Origin: Halalkalibacterium halodurans
GTDB lineage: Bacteria > Bacillota > Bacilli > Bacillales > Bacillaceae_D
DNA length: 30,177 nt
Assembly: GCF_004376175.1 (NCBI RefSeq)
Contig: NZ_SNUY01000050.1
Span: 1-30,177, forward strand
Direction: 5' to 3'
Part shown: positions 7,840 through 15,916 of the stretch, piece after piece
How positions within the stretch are numbered: the stretch's first letter is position 1
How the letters are laid out: every line of letters starts with the position of its first letter
The notes under the pieces: model-generated
Databases searched by the model: none
Told to the model about the DNA's origin: nothing
The model's input: only the letters and a program-made list of their open reading frames with translations
Translations under genes and position numbers: made by a program

Positions 7840-8430
7840 TTATTTTCTCCCGTAATCGGCCTTAATTTCCCCCCACTTATCGGTCTGCCATTTTAAGATG
7901 GGCGTTTCATATGTATGAGTGTTTAGCCACTCCTCCGCTTCATCTACAAGCTTCCAAATAAGCGCTGTTTCTTCATTGCGCACGAGGGTCGATTTTGCTT
8001 TTTTATCCTTCACCCATTTGATTGCCGTCTGGGAATCAGAATAGATCGGCTTACGACTGTTCCGTTCCTTAAGGTAACGAAGCCCGTGAACGATCGCGAG
8101 AAACTCACCCATATTGTTTGTCCCGATCGGAATCGGCTCTCGTTCAAAAAGGACTTCTCCCGTTTTCGTATCAACGCCTTTATATTCCACAATTCCGGGA
8201 TTCCCTTGGCTGCCAACATCTACAGACAGGCTCTCCCAAATAATCTCCTCTTTTGCAAGCTTCGGTGTTGCCTCTTCTCCTCTAAAAGCAGCCTCTGCTT
8301 CTTCCTTGGAAGGATAGGATTTGAATTTGGCGCCGGTATATCCTTTTACTTGAGCTTCACATGCAGACCAGCTCGTATAAATGCCGGGCTTCCGTCCATT
8401 CCATACCACATAGTATTTTGACTTTGCCAT
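7840..8430 (-). CDS. rnhA: Ribonuclease HI with an N-terminal RNA/DNA hybrid-binding domain
   Basis: The N-terminal HBD is MAKSKYYVVWNGRKPGIYTSWSACEAQVKGYTGAKFKSYPSKEEAEAAF. The catalytic domain EEIIWESLSVDVGSQGNPGIVEYKG ... TNNMGEFLAIVHGL ... IYSDSQTAIKW ... GEIKADYGRK carries the DEDD carboxylates. From memory it matches the B. halodurans RNase H used for the RNA/DNA hybrid co-crystal structures. Confidence 0.97.
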   Translation of the reverse strand: MAKSKYYVVWNGRKPGIYTSWSACEAQVKGYTGAKFKSYPSKEEAEAAFRGEEATPKLAKEEIIWESLSVDVGSQGNPGIVEYKGVDTKTGEVLFEREPIPIGTNNMGEFLAIVHGLRYLKERNSRKPIYSDSQTAIKWVKDKKAKSTLVRNEETALIWKLVDEAEEWLNTHTYETPILKWQTDKWGEIKADYGRK

Positions 8431-8516
8431 CTTTCCACCTCATTTATGAATAACCGTTGTCTATTTACAAATAGTAACAATGATCAAGTCAATTGACAAT
8501 GGAAGAGGTGACAACT

Positions 8517-8654
8517 GTGAAAAAACGTTCCCCGCAAAAAGACAAAGCGATGACAAACAATAAGACACCGACCGAATCCATGTTTAATGAAAACGTTGCG
8601 AGTGAAATGGTGGACAACGGCTCAAACCGAGCAAACGCAAAAGGCAAAAAATAA
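8517..8654 (+). CDS. Candidate 45-aa small basic hydrophilic protein (below the ORF-track cutoff; possibly a minor spore-type small protein)
   Basis: SD GAGGTGA lies 5 nt before the GTG at 8517. Translation is VKKRSPQKDKAMTNNKTPTESMFNENVASEMVDNGSNRANAKGKK, ending at TAA 8652-8654. A 10-bp hairpin follows at 8659-8692. Confidence 0.35.
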   Translation: MKKRSPQKDKAMTNNKTPTESMFNENVASEMVDNGSNRANAKGKK

Positions 8655-8658
8655 CCAA

Positions 8659-8692
8659 AGCCTGTGCCCTCATATGAATAAAGGCACAGGCT
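8659..8692 (+). terminator. Hairpin after the small ORF (no clear U-tract)
   Basis: AGCCTGTGCC-14 nt-GGCACAGGCT. The downstream sequence CTCGTATAC is not T-rich, so terminator function is uncertain. Confidence 0.35.
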
Positions 8693-8744
8693 CTCGTATA
8701 CAATCTAGTAATAAAGGAGAGACTGCTAGAAAAGGAGGAGAACA

Positions 8745-9008
8745 ATGATGGATGTCAACATTAATCCAAAGCGTCAAGTCTCACAAGTAGGCGATATGGT
8801 TTCTACGGAAAACGATCATCTGTACGTGATTGTGAAAGATGAAGATGAACGGGCATTTCCATACCATCTCGTATGCTTACGTACATTCACGGTCATCCAA
8901 TCGTACGACGAGCTACCGACAGACGACGAATTGGAAGAAGATATTGGTGAAACCATTTCTGCTGTTTTCAGCCATCATGATGCAAACATAACGTTGGACG
9001 AACGCTAG
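8745..9008 (+). CDS. Hypothetical small acidic protein (87 aa)
   Basis: Strong SD AAAGGAGGAG lies 5 nt before the ATG at 8745. The ORF has no recognisable family. Its stop TAG shares the palindrome CTAG with the stop of the convergent MATE gene. Confidence 0.6.
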   Translation: MMDVNINPKRQVSQVGDMVSTENDHLYVIVKDEDERAFPYHLVCLRTFTVIQSYDELPTDDELEEDIGETISAVFSHHDANITLDER

Positions 9009-10381
9009 CTATTTCCGTTTTGACTTAATCGTGCCGCTCGCTCGAATTTTCGTTGCATTTGCTTTAGCCGCCACGATAACGCAATCGCACATGAAGCCAG
9101 CCCTGTAATGAGACCGATCCAATAGCCATACGGACCGAGTGGCGAAAAGTTAGCTAAAAGATATCCGGTCGGTAGTCCGATAATCCAAAAAGACACAAGC
9201 GCCATCACAAACGGAACATTCACATCCTTATGTCCACGTAACACGCCTTGGATCGGTGTAGCTAGAGCATCCGATAATTGAAAAAAGATCGAGTAGATCA
9301 AAAACTGCTGAATAAGCCAAGCGACTTGGGAATCATTCGTGTACAAGGAAGCGACGGGGGCACGTAGGACATAAATAATGACACCAGCAACAAGCCCCAT
9401 GATCAAGGCAAAGGTAATTCCGAGCCTGCTATATTGACGCGCATCCTCCACTCGCTTCGCTCCTACTTCGTAGCCGACAGCGATCGTTAAAGTAAATGCA
9501 ATACTTAACGGAATCATATACAAAAAGGACGCAAAATTAACCGCGGCTTGATGGGCGGCGATCGTTGCCGTATCAAACGTACTCATAAGCAGCGTAACGG
9601 CCGCAAAAATACTTGTCTCAAAAAAGATCGTAAACCCAATGGGTAGCCCTAGTAGCAATATTTCCTTCCACTTTTTCAACGAAACGTGGTACAGCTTCTT
9701 AAACAGTTGAAAATCGGTAAACGGACGGACTTTAACAACGACTACAATCGCGACAGCTAAAATAAACCAATACGTAATCGCCGAAGCGTAGCCTGCTCCT
9801 ACACCGCCTAAACGGGGAAACCCTAATTTTCCGAAAATCAACACATAGTTAAAAAAGATATTGATTGGTAGAGATAAAAGGGTAATAAACATCGTCACCC
9901 GTGTCTCCCCGAGGGAGTCAATGAGACAACGAATGGTTGTATATATAAAAAGGGGCACGATCCCAAACGCGAGCCCGATTAAATACTCCTTCGCAATTCG
10001 GCCAACTTCATCTTCTAATGACATCGCGGACAAAATCGGATCGAGCACGACAGCCCCAATCAAAATCACCGCGATAGAGATCGCTATCGATAAGTAAAGT
10101 CCTTGCAAAAACACATATGGAACATCATCTCGTTTTTCAGCGCCAATGCTTTGAGCAATGATTGGCGTCAATGCTAGCAAAACACCATTTAAACCAGTGA
10201 ATACAGGAACCCACAAACTAGAGCCAATCGCAACCCCTGCCAAGTCATTGGCACCTGCTTGCCCCGACATAACCGTATCAAAAAAATTCATTGCATAGAG
10301 CCCGATTTGCGTAATTAAGATCGGCATCATCACAACGAGAAATAGCTTCCCTTTCTCTTGTAATGTTTCTGTCGGTTTCAT
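9005..10381 (-). CDS. MATE family multidrug/Na+ efflux transporter (NorM-like)
   Basis: It has about 12 hydrophobic segments and an N-terminal region LVVMMPILITQIGLYAMNFFDTVMSGQAGANDLAGVAIGSSLW typical of MATE transporters. I chose the ATG at 10379-10381 with SD GGGGGTGA 5 nt upstream. The GTG at 10390 is an alternative. Confidence 0.9.
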   Translation of the reverse strand: MKPTETLQEKGKLFLVVMMPILITQIGLYAMNFFDTVMSGQAGANDLAGVAIGSSLWVPVFTGLNGVLLALTPIIAQSIGAEKRDDVPYVFLQGLYLSIAISIAVILIGAVVLDPILSAMSLEDEVGRIAKEYLIGLAFGIVPLFIYTTIRCLIDSLGETRVTMFITLLSLPINIFFNYVLIFGKLGFPRLGGVGAGYASAITYWFILAVAIVVVVKVRPFTDFQLFKKLYHVSLKKWKEILLLGLPIGFTIFFETSIFAAVTLLMSTFDTATIAAHQAAVNFASFLYMIPLSIAFTLTIAVGYEVGAKRVEDARQYSRLGITFALIMGLVAGVIIYVLRAPVASLYTNDSQVAWLIQQFLIYSIFFQLSDALATPIQGVLRGHKDVNVPFVMALVSFWIIGLPTGYLLANFSPLGPYGYWIGLITGLASCAIALSWRLKQMQRKFERAARLSQNGNS

Positions 10382-10417
10382 CGGTTTCACCCCCGCTAGT
10401 AAATGGTTACCCGAATG

Positions 10418-10446
10418 ATTATATCACGCTTTTTAGGAAATGGAAG
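10418..10446 (-). promoter_or_regulatory. Possible extended -10 promoter for the MATE gene
   Basis: The minus strand reads TGATATAAT (TGnTATAAT, 10418-10426) with a weak -35-like TTCCAT about 16 nt upstream. Confidence 0.35.
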
Positions 10447-10480
10447 AAAATTTGTTTCGTCATCCTAAGGACTTAACATG

Positions 10481-10514
10481 AAAAAAGAACCCATGCGTCT
10501 TTTCACATGAGCCC
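10481..10514 (-). terminator. Terminator after the symporter-DUF1992 operon
   Basis: The minus-strand RNA GGGCUCAUG-UGAAAAGACG-CAUGGGUUC forms 9 bp including three G-U pairs and is followed by UUUUUU. It lies 11 nt after the stop at 10525. Confidence 0.55.
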
Positions 10515-10524
10515 ATTTATAGTA

Positions 10525-10896
10525 CTAAAAGAAACGCTCTGTTAACTTGTGGCGGTAGCGACGAAAGCTACTTGAGGAACTCCATTTTCGTTGCTCCATA
10601 AGTTGGTTGTAGCGGAGCGTTTTTTCGCTGAGCTTTTTCTTCAGCTTCACCTCTTCATCTGGATCAACACATGCTTCCACTAACTGCTTTAGCTGGATGA
10701 TTTCCTTTTGGACTTCTACTTCCTTCGGGACAAATCCAGCATTTTTTAAGATTTTATAGCTTAGTCTAAGCTCCTCGGGAACCCCTTGATCTTCTTCAAA
10801 CGTCAACGGCTTTCCTTTTCCTTCAAGATCATCAAAGGCTCCTTCCTTTATTGCCTTTTGGATTCGTTCCTCTGCCAGACGACTAGCAAAATCCAT
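10525..10896 (-). CDS. DUF1992 (DnaJ-C28-like) domain protein
   Basis: MDFASRLAEERIQKAIKEGAFDDLEGKGKPLTFEEDQGVPEELRLSYKILKNAGFVPKEV is the characteristic DUF1992 signature. The ATG at 10894-10896 has AAAGGTGG 8 nt upstream. Confidence 0.75.
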   Translation of the reverse strand: MDFASRLAEERIQKAIKEGAFDDLEGKGKPLTFEEDQGVPEELRLSYKILKNAGFVPKEVEVQKEIIQLKQLVEACVDPDEEVKLKKKLSEKTLRYNQLMEQRKWSSSSSFRRYRHKLTERFF

Positions 10897-10918
10897 ACTC
10901 CTCGCCACCTTTTTTCGT

Positions 10919-11890
10919 TTAAAGATCGACTTTCATATCCGCATCTGATTGACGCTTTTGAGCCGATTTCGCTGACCTTGACCAAATGCTCACAAGGACA
11001 GGTCCTGAAATGTTATGCCATACAGAAAAGATCGCGCTCGGCAATGCGGCCAACGGTGAAAAATGATTACCTGCCAATGCTGCTCCTAAGCCTGAGTTTT
11101 GCATGCCAACTTCAATCGAAATCGCCCGCCGTGTCGATTCATCCAAGCCAACAAATTTCGCTGTCAAATAGCCAAGCAACAACCCGAAAACATTATGCAA
11201 CATCACCGCTAAAAACAGCAAGGCCGCGCCCGACATTAAATTGGCTTGATTTGCGCCAACAACCGCTGAAACGATCGCCATAATCGCTACAATGGAGACC
11301 AACGGTAAGACGGCTGTGCTCTTATCAACGGCATTTGGAGCCATTTTTCGTACGAATAAACCGAGAGCAATTGGTACAATGATCATTTGCAAAATAGATA
11401 CGAACATCGCCTTAGCATCAATGGGTAACCACTGCCCTGCTAAAAGAAGCAAAATAAAAGGGGTTACGATCGGTGCAAGCATGGTCGAAACGGACGTCAT
11501 CGCAACCGATGCAGCAACATTTCCTTTCGCAAGGTAAACCATTACATTTGAAGCAGTACCACCAGGACATGCCCCGACTAAAACAAGGCCTGCCGCCAGC
11601 TCCGGTGGTAAGTTAAAAGCATAGGCTAGAGCGAATGCTACGAGGGGCATGATGACAAATTGCGCAAGCACTCCGACTAATACAGGAATCGGCTTTTGCA
11701 ACACAATACGAAAGTCACTGAGTTTCAATGTCAGCCCCATCCCAAACATGATCACACCAAGCAAAATCGTAATGTGTGGAGTGATCCAAGTAAAATGATC
11801 TGGTGATAAAAAAGCAACAAAACTAATGATGATCACAAAAAACGCAAAATATTTACTGAAAAATTGACTCACTTTCGCTAACATCTCCAT
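10919..11890 (-). CDS. Bile acid:sodium symporter (BASS) family transporter (YocS-like)
   Basis: It is a polytopic membrane protein with GLTLKLSDF, GACPGGTASNVMVYLAKGN and IEVGMQNSGLGAALA motifs typical of the SBF/BASS family. I chose the ATG at 11888-11890 with SD GGGGAG 6 nt upstream. The track's 15 extra codons lack an SD. Confidence 0.9.
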   Translation of the reverse strand: MEMLAKVSQFFSKYFAFFVIIISFVAFLSPDHFTWITPHITILLGVIMFGMGLTLKLSDFRIVLQKPIPVLVGVLAQFVIMPLVAFALAYAFNLPPELAAGLVLVGACPGGTASNVMVYLAKGNVAASVAMTSVSTMLAPIVTPFILLLLAGQWLPIDAKAMFVSILQMIIVPIALGLFVRKMAPNAVDKSTAVLPLVSIVAIMAIVSAVVGANQANLMSGAALLFLAVMLHNVFGLLLGYLTAKFVGLDESTRRAISIEVGMQNSGLGAALAGNHFSPLAALPSAIFSVWHNISGPVLVSIWSRSAKSAQKRQSDADMKVDL

Positions 11891-12089
11891 CGTCTTCTCC
11901 CCATATACATTTGTTTTTTTATACAATATTTCCACTATTCTACCTCTTCCTCCCTTTCCATTTCAACCACTTCATCTTGGAAGAAGTGAATCTGTTAGAA
12001 AAGGTTAACTTACCGCCAACTCTTACTTTGGGAAGCAGTCATTTTTCCTTAATCTTTAACCGTTGATGCAGGTAAACTTTCTTAAAGTG

Positions 12090-12121
12090 AAAAACCTAAC
12101 CCGATAAGCTCTGAGTTAGGT
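12090..12121 (-). terminator. Terminator overlapping the stop codon of the deacetylase gene
   Basis: The minus strand reads ACCTAAC-TCAGAGCTTATCGG-GTTAGGT followed by TTTTT. Confidence 0.55.
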
Positions 12122-12964
12122 CAAGTCGTATTCATCTAAACGAGCAAAGGTATACCCTTTTTCGATCAATAACGGGATGGCTGCTTTTACTCCTGCTGCC
12201 GTTCCACTCGCTGGCTGATTCATATGCATTAACACAATTGCCCCAGGCTCGGCGTTCAGTAACGCTGCCTTTACTTGCTCCGCTGTAAACGTTGCACCTG
12301 CATCTCCGAGTACAGAATAATTGACGACCTCTACTCCAAGGGCATTGGCGATTTCAACGGCCACTTCATCATAAAACGCTGTGCCTGAACGAAACAGCCT
12401 CGTCGACCGGCCTGTTAGTTGATAAATCCGTTGTTGGTTGTTTGTAATCTCTTTAACTACTTCCTCTGGAGACTTAGTCCCTTCGATGTTCCATGCGTTC
12501 CGTCCATTAACTGATAATGGTTTATGAGCAGACCCGTGATTTTCAATTTGAAATAGAGGATTGTTCGCCAGGGAAAGAAACACGTCTTCATTTTCATCAA
12601 TCCATCGTTCGTTTACAAACAGCGTCGCTGGAATTTCCTTCTCTTGTAAGTAAGCCAGTAGCTCCTCATCAAATTGACTACCGTGCGGGCCACCGCAAGC
12701 ATCGAGCGTTAACGCGATTACTTGCTCCTTCGTATCCAGCTTTGTTTTCACGCCTGTGACGTTTTCTCCCCATTCCGTCGGATCGTGTCTAAAGTTCGAT
12801 AAATCGATGTCAGGTACCGTCCACTCTCCACCATCTTCCTCTTCGTCGTCCCATTCTTCTATTGGCTTTTCGCTCACAATGGTTTCAGGATCTTCCCCTT
12901 GACCCCCACATCCATATAAACTTGCCCCCAAGAAAAGTAAAACACAACCAATTAGTCGTTTCAT
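12116..12964 (-). CDS. Polysaccharide deacetylase (NodB homology domain, CE4) lipoprotein
   Basis: The signal peptide has a lipobox, MKRLIGCVLLFLGASLYGC. An acidic linker follows, then NodB-type motifs LTLDACGG, HGSAH and LMH. Confidence 0.85.
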   Translation of the reverse strand: MKRLIGCVLLFLGASLYGCGGQGEDPETIVSEKPIEEWDDEEEDGGEWTVPDIDLSNFRHDPTEWGENVTGVKTKLDTKEQVIALTLDACGGPHGSQFDEELLAYLQEKEIPATLFVNERWIDENEDVFLSLANNPLFQIENHGSAHKPLSVNGRNAWNIEGTKSPEEVVKEITNNQQRIYQLTGRSTRLFRSGTAFYDEVAVEIANALGVEVVNYSVLGDAGATFTAEQVKAALLNAEPGAIVLMHMNQPASGTAAGVKAAIPLLIEKGYTFARLDEYDLT

Positions 12965-13055
12965 ATCAATCGTTGACCCCTTTTCCTTATCTCCCTCCTA
13001 TCATACCCAAATGAGGCCAAATACACGATAAATAACGATACGAAAGAGACTAATT

Positions 13056-13337
13056 TATATGGGGTTGATTGTTTCAAAAATCACTCGCTTGCCGCGAGCA
13101 AGGCTTCAGCTAATCGGGGGAAATCGCCCCGATGGAATTTCAGCTCTTGCTTTTCCCGCAGGCGTCTCGTGATTTTGACCATCAACTTGGAAACGTCAGT
13201 CTAGTTAAACGTTCCACAAAAAGGGTACCACAAGGCCAATCAAACAACAGATGAGCCCATGAAGCAAACAGAAAAAAGCTCGAATCATTTTATTTTGATG
13301 ATCCGAACTTTTTTATTACATTTGGCTAGTTTTGTCT
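13056..13337 (-). repeat. Structured intergenic repeat, copy A (long form; partner at 20548-20740 in opposite orientation)
   Basis: Blocks identical to the reverse complement of copy B: 13322-13336 (15/15), 13156-13179 (24/24) and 13061-13071 (11/11). Similar spacer sequence lies between them. This copy carries an extra 62 nt (13084-13145). Confidence 0.8.
13272..13314 (-). terminator. Bidirectional terminator hairpin downstream of the alkaline protease gene (part of repeat copy A)
   Basis: AAAAAA-GCTCGAATCAT-TTTATTTT-GATGATCCGAAC-TTTTTT. Confidence 0.8.
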
Positions 13338-13355
13338 CAGCCTTTCATTGTGCAT

Positions 13356-14441
13356 TTATTGTGTTGCACGTCCAGCATGTACTAATCCATTGCCATAAAG
13401 GCTAGGAGAACCTAGATACGTTGCTGTTTGATTAATACGCTGGCGAATTTGGTTGTTCGTATAGCTAGGATATCTGCTCTTCACAAGTGCAGCAACTCCA
13501 GCAACGTGTGGTGTTGCCATAGATGTTCCAGAAAGCGATACGTAACGATTGCCTGTGTACGTGCTGTTTACGTTGACACCAGGTGCAGAAATTTCAATTT
13601 CTGGGCCATACGTAGAGAAGCTTGCGCGTTGACCATTTTGATCAACTGCTGCAACCGCCATAACACCAGAGTATCTAGCAGGATAGTTAACTCCTTGTCT
13701 ACCCGTATTACCTGCTGCCCCTACTAAGAGAATACCAGCATTGTTTGCTCGGTTGACAGCTAACTCTAACGTGCTAGAACCACTCGTGCTTCCAAGGCTC
13801 ATATTAATAATGTGCATGTTGTTGTTAATTGCCCATTCGATTCCTTGAGCTACAGAAGCAAGCGAACCACTTCCATTCCGATCAAGAACTTTCACAGCGT
13901 ACAAGTCAGCCGATGGTGCTACACCAAGCACACCGATTGAATTGTTTAACGCAGCGATTGTACCAGCCACGTGAGTTCCGTGTCCGTTATTGTCATGATA
14001 GGAAGGCTCGCTTGAAATAAAGCTCGCTCCCCCTGCAATTCGTAAGTCTGGGTGTGAAGCAATTCCTGTATCAAGGACAGCGACTCGAGCACCGTTACCA
14101 AAAATACCGCGGTTGTGCGCTTGCTGCGTATTAATGAATGAAATTCCCCAAGGAACCGTTTGACTGATGGTTACTTCTGCATTCTCTTCGATGGCTTTTA
14201 CGTTCGGATCTTTCTTTAATTTTTTCAATTCTTTTTTAGTTAGTTCTGCATGAATGACTGGAATCTCTTCAAATTCATGGATGACGTCCACATCATAACT
14301 TTCTTCGACACTCTGAGCAGAAACTTCTTCAGGTTCGACGACAATCAAATATTCCTTTTTCTCCTCGCTTGCTGCTGCTGGGTTTGCCATGAAAAGCAAT
14401 GCCACTGTTGACAAAACCATAACTTTTAGACTTTGTCTCAT
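13356..14441 (-). CDS. apr: Secreted alkaline serine protease, subtilisin family S8 (pre-pro-enzyme)
   Basis: The signal peptide is MRQSLKVMVLSTVALLFMANPAAA and is followed by a propeptide. The mature part starts near QTVPWGISFINTQQAHNRG. The catalytic triad motifs are VAVLDTGI (Asp), HGTHVAGTIAA (His) and GTSMATPHVAG (Ser). SD AAAGGAGG lies upstream. Confidence 0.97.
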   Translation of the reverse strand: MRQSLKVMVLSTVALLFMANPAAASEEKKEYLIVVEPEEVSAQSVEESYDVDVIHEFEEIPVIHAELTKKELKKLKKDPNVKAIEENAEVTISQTVPWGISFINTQQAHNRGIFGNGARVAVLDTGIASHPDLRIAGGASFISSEPSYHDNNGHGTHVAGTIAALNNSIGVLGVAPSADLYAVKVLDRNGSGSLASVAQGIEWAINNNMHIINMSLGSTSGSSTLELAVNRANNAGILLVGAAGNTGRQGVNYPARYSGVMAVAAVDQNGQRASFSTYGPEIEISAPGVNVNSTYTGNRYVSLSGTSMATPHVAGVAALVKSRYPSYTNNQIRQRINQTATYLGSPSLYGNGLVHAGRATQ

Positions 14442-14715
14442 AAACCATTCAGCCTCCTTTTTATTTTATAAATTTCAGAAATAACATACTTTTCGATCTA
14501 GCAGATATTTCAGAAATCTCTTATTATTCAATCTAGCAGATTGCAAAGGAGTCTGTATTTGCCATTTTTGGTGGTTTGTCCACTTCCTATGGTCAATAAC
14601 CGTCATTATTCTACAAAACTTCCCACTTAGATAAACATATTTATATATCGTTTTTTTTCTTATCCCTTTAACAAGTCTCAACTTTAAAGTATTATCAAAT
14701 ACTATTCCTTGAAAG

Positions 14716-14741
14716 AAAAACGCCTGCATCCTATGCAGACG
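14716..14741 (-). terminator. Terminator after the 106-aa hypothetical gene
   Basis: The minus strand reads CGTCTGCAT-AGG-ATGCAGGCG followed by TTTTT. It lies 10 nt after the stop at 14752. Confidence 0.8.
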
Positions 14742-14751
14742 TGTTCGCTCC

Positions 14752-15072
14752 CTATAGCTCGATTTCTTCTTCCTTCGTTTCATACCAGTCATCGAGAACT
14801 TTCGCATCAAGAATTTTCGCTTCAATGTAGCTGACTTGCTTCGTCAAAAAGTGCTTTTTCCACTCAATCTCTAAATCTGCAGCAATGCCGACAACTGTCA
14901 ACAGCTCTTGCCACGCAACATATCGCTTATACCAGAAAAATTGAGGTTGCTCTGACATATATGGATAAAGGTCGTCAAATTCTGTATGCTTACAATCGAT
15001 GGTTCGTTCAAACTGTGTTTTTGCCGCGAGAAGCTTCTCTTCGAAATACACTTCCATTGATTGTGTTCCCAT
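14752..15072 (-). CDS. Hypothetical acidic cytoplasmic protein (106 aa)
   Basis: The ATG at 15070-15072 has SD GGAGGGAG 5 nt upstream, and the ORF ends at a clean terminator. I recognise no family. Confidence 0.6.
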   Translation of the reverse strand: MGTQSMEVYFEEKLLAAKTQFERTIDCKHTEFDDLYPYMSEQPQFFWYKRYVAWQELLTVVGIAADLEIEWKKHFLTKQVSYIEAKILDAKVLDDWYETKEEEIEL

Positions 15073-15151
15073 CGTATCTCCCTCCATTGTGCACTTTGTT
15101 GCACTTTATATTTTATCATACCATGTTTTTTACTGATCCTGAACAATGAAA

Positions 15152-15892
15152 CTATGTCGAAATTTTGGAAGCTAACGTGGTCCACCAAGAAGAATATTTA
15201 GCCTTCAACAACGCTTCCATCGTTCCATCAAATGTGATCAGAAGCGATGTAGCCGGACCGGACGATTTAGTTAAATCTACATTTCCATTTACCGGAACTT
15301 GTAGTGTATTCCATTCATTCGTGGCTGCTAACACCTCTAGCTCATACTTCACACCTTTTGAGCCTACAGGAATAATTTCATAGACGCCTTCTTCCTGTAG
15401 AAGTTCATCGAACTGCTTCAGTGGGAAAACATCCTTTTCCTGAGATACCACTTCCTCCCCAACAAGTGGCTTTCCTAATAACGCAATTCCTGCGTCTTTC
15501 GGAGTAATGCCTATTTTAAGCGCTGATTGATGAACCCTTCCAATCACTGTCACGCCAAGGCATGATTGCTCTAAGACCATATTCGATTCCGTGCTACCAG
15601 TTATTGTGGCTTGGGCTTGGTTTGCTTCTCCTAGCGCCCTGTTGATTCCATCGATCATTTTTTGGTATGGTTCGTCCCCTGAAAAATTTTGTACAAGGAA
15701 GGTAAACGGTGTTGCCCCCACACTCATACATTCAAGTAACGCCACTCGAGCCGCGTAGTAACTTACCACTTCATATGGAACGTGGACATGATCTTTCGCC
15801 TTTTCTCCAACTCCACCCGATGCGTCTGTTGCCACGACTATTTGTTCTTCCCCTTGCCACGGGATCACTTGAACATCTCGTGTGCCCTTCAA
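15152..15892 (-). CDS. PurM/ThiL-superfamily-like (AIR synthase-related) protein of unknown function; possibly CblS-type kinase-like
   Basis: This is a 246-aa ORF. IVVATDASGGVGEKAKDHVHVPYEVVSYYAARVALLECMSVGATP resembles the N-terminal ATP/metal-binding region of the PurM-like fold. The assignment is by eye only. Confidence 0.5.
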   Translation of the reverse strand: MKGTRDVQVIPWQGEEQIVVATDASGGVGEKAKDHVHVPYEVVSYYAARVALLECMSVGATPFTFLVQNFSGDEPYQKMIDGINRALGEANQAQATITGSTESNMVLEQSCLGVTVIGRVHQSALKIGITPKDAGIALLGKPLVGEEVVSQEKDVFPLKQFDELLQEEGVYEIIPVGSKGVKYELEVLAATNEWNTLQVPVNGNVDLTKSSGPATSLLITFDGTMEALLKAKYSSWWTTLASKIST

Positions 15893-15916
15893 TTCATCAC
15901 CTGCTTTTGTACTCGT

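Noticed and set aside
7564-7855. 76-aa (minus) and 88-aa (plus) ORFs in the rnhA-membrane protein intergenic region
   Set aside because: Neither has an SD. Both cross the rnhA terminator hairpin, and the plus-strand ORF overlaps the rnhA 3' end. Both have a biased composition.
10786-11283. 165-aa plus-strand ORF
   Set aside because: It is antisense to the DUF1992 and BASS genes and spans their intergenic gap. No homology signal is present.
14475-14825. 116-aa Lys/Arg-rich ORF upstream of the protease gene
   Set aside because: It lies in the AT-rich protease promoter region. It also runs through the terminator at 14716-14741 and overlaps the 3' end of the 14752-15072 gene in another frame. 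Its composition reflects AT-richness.
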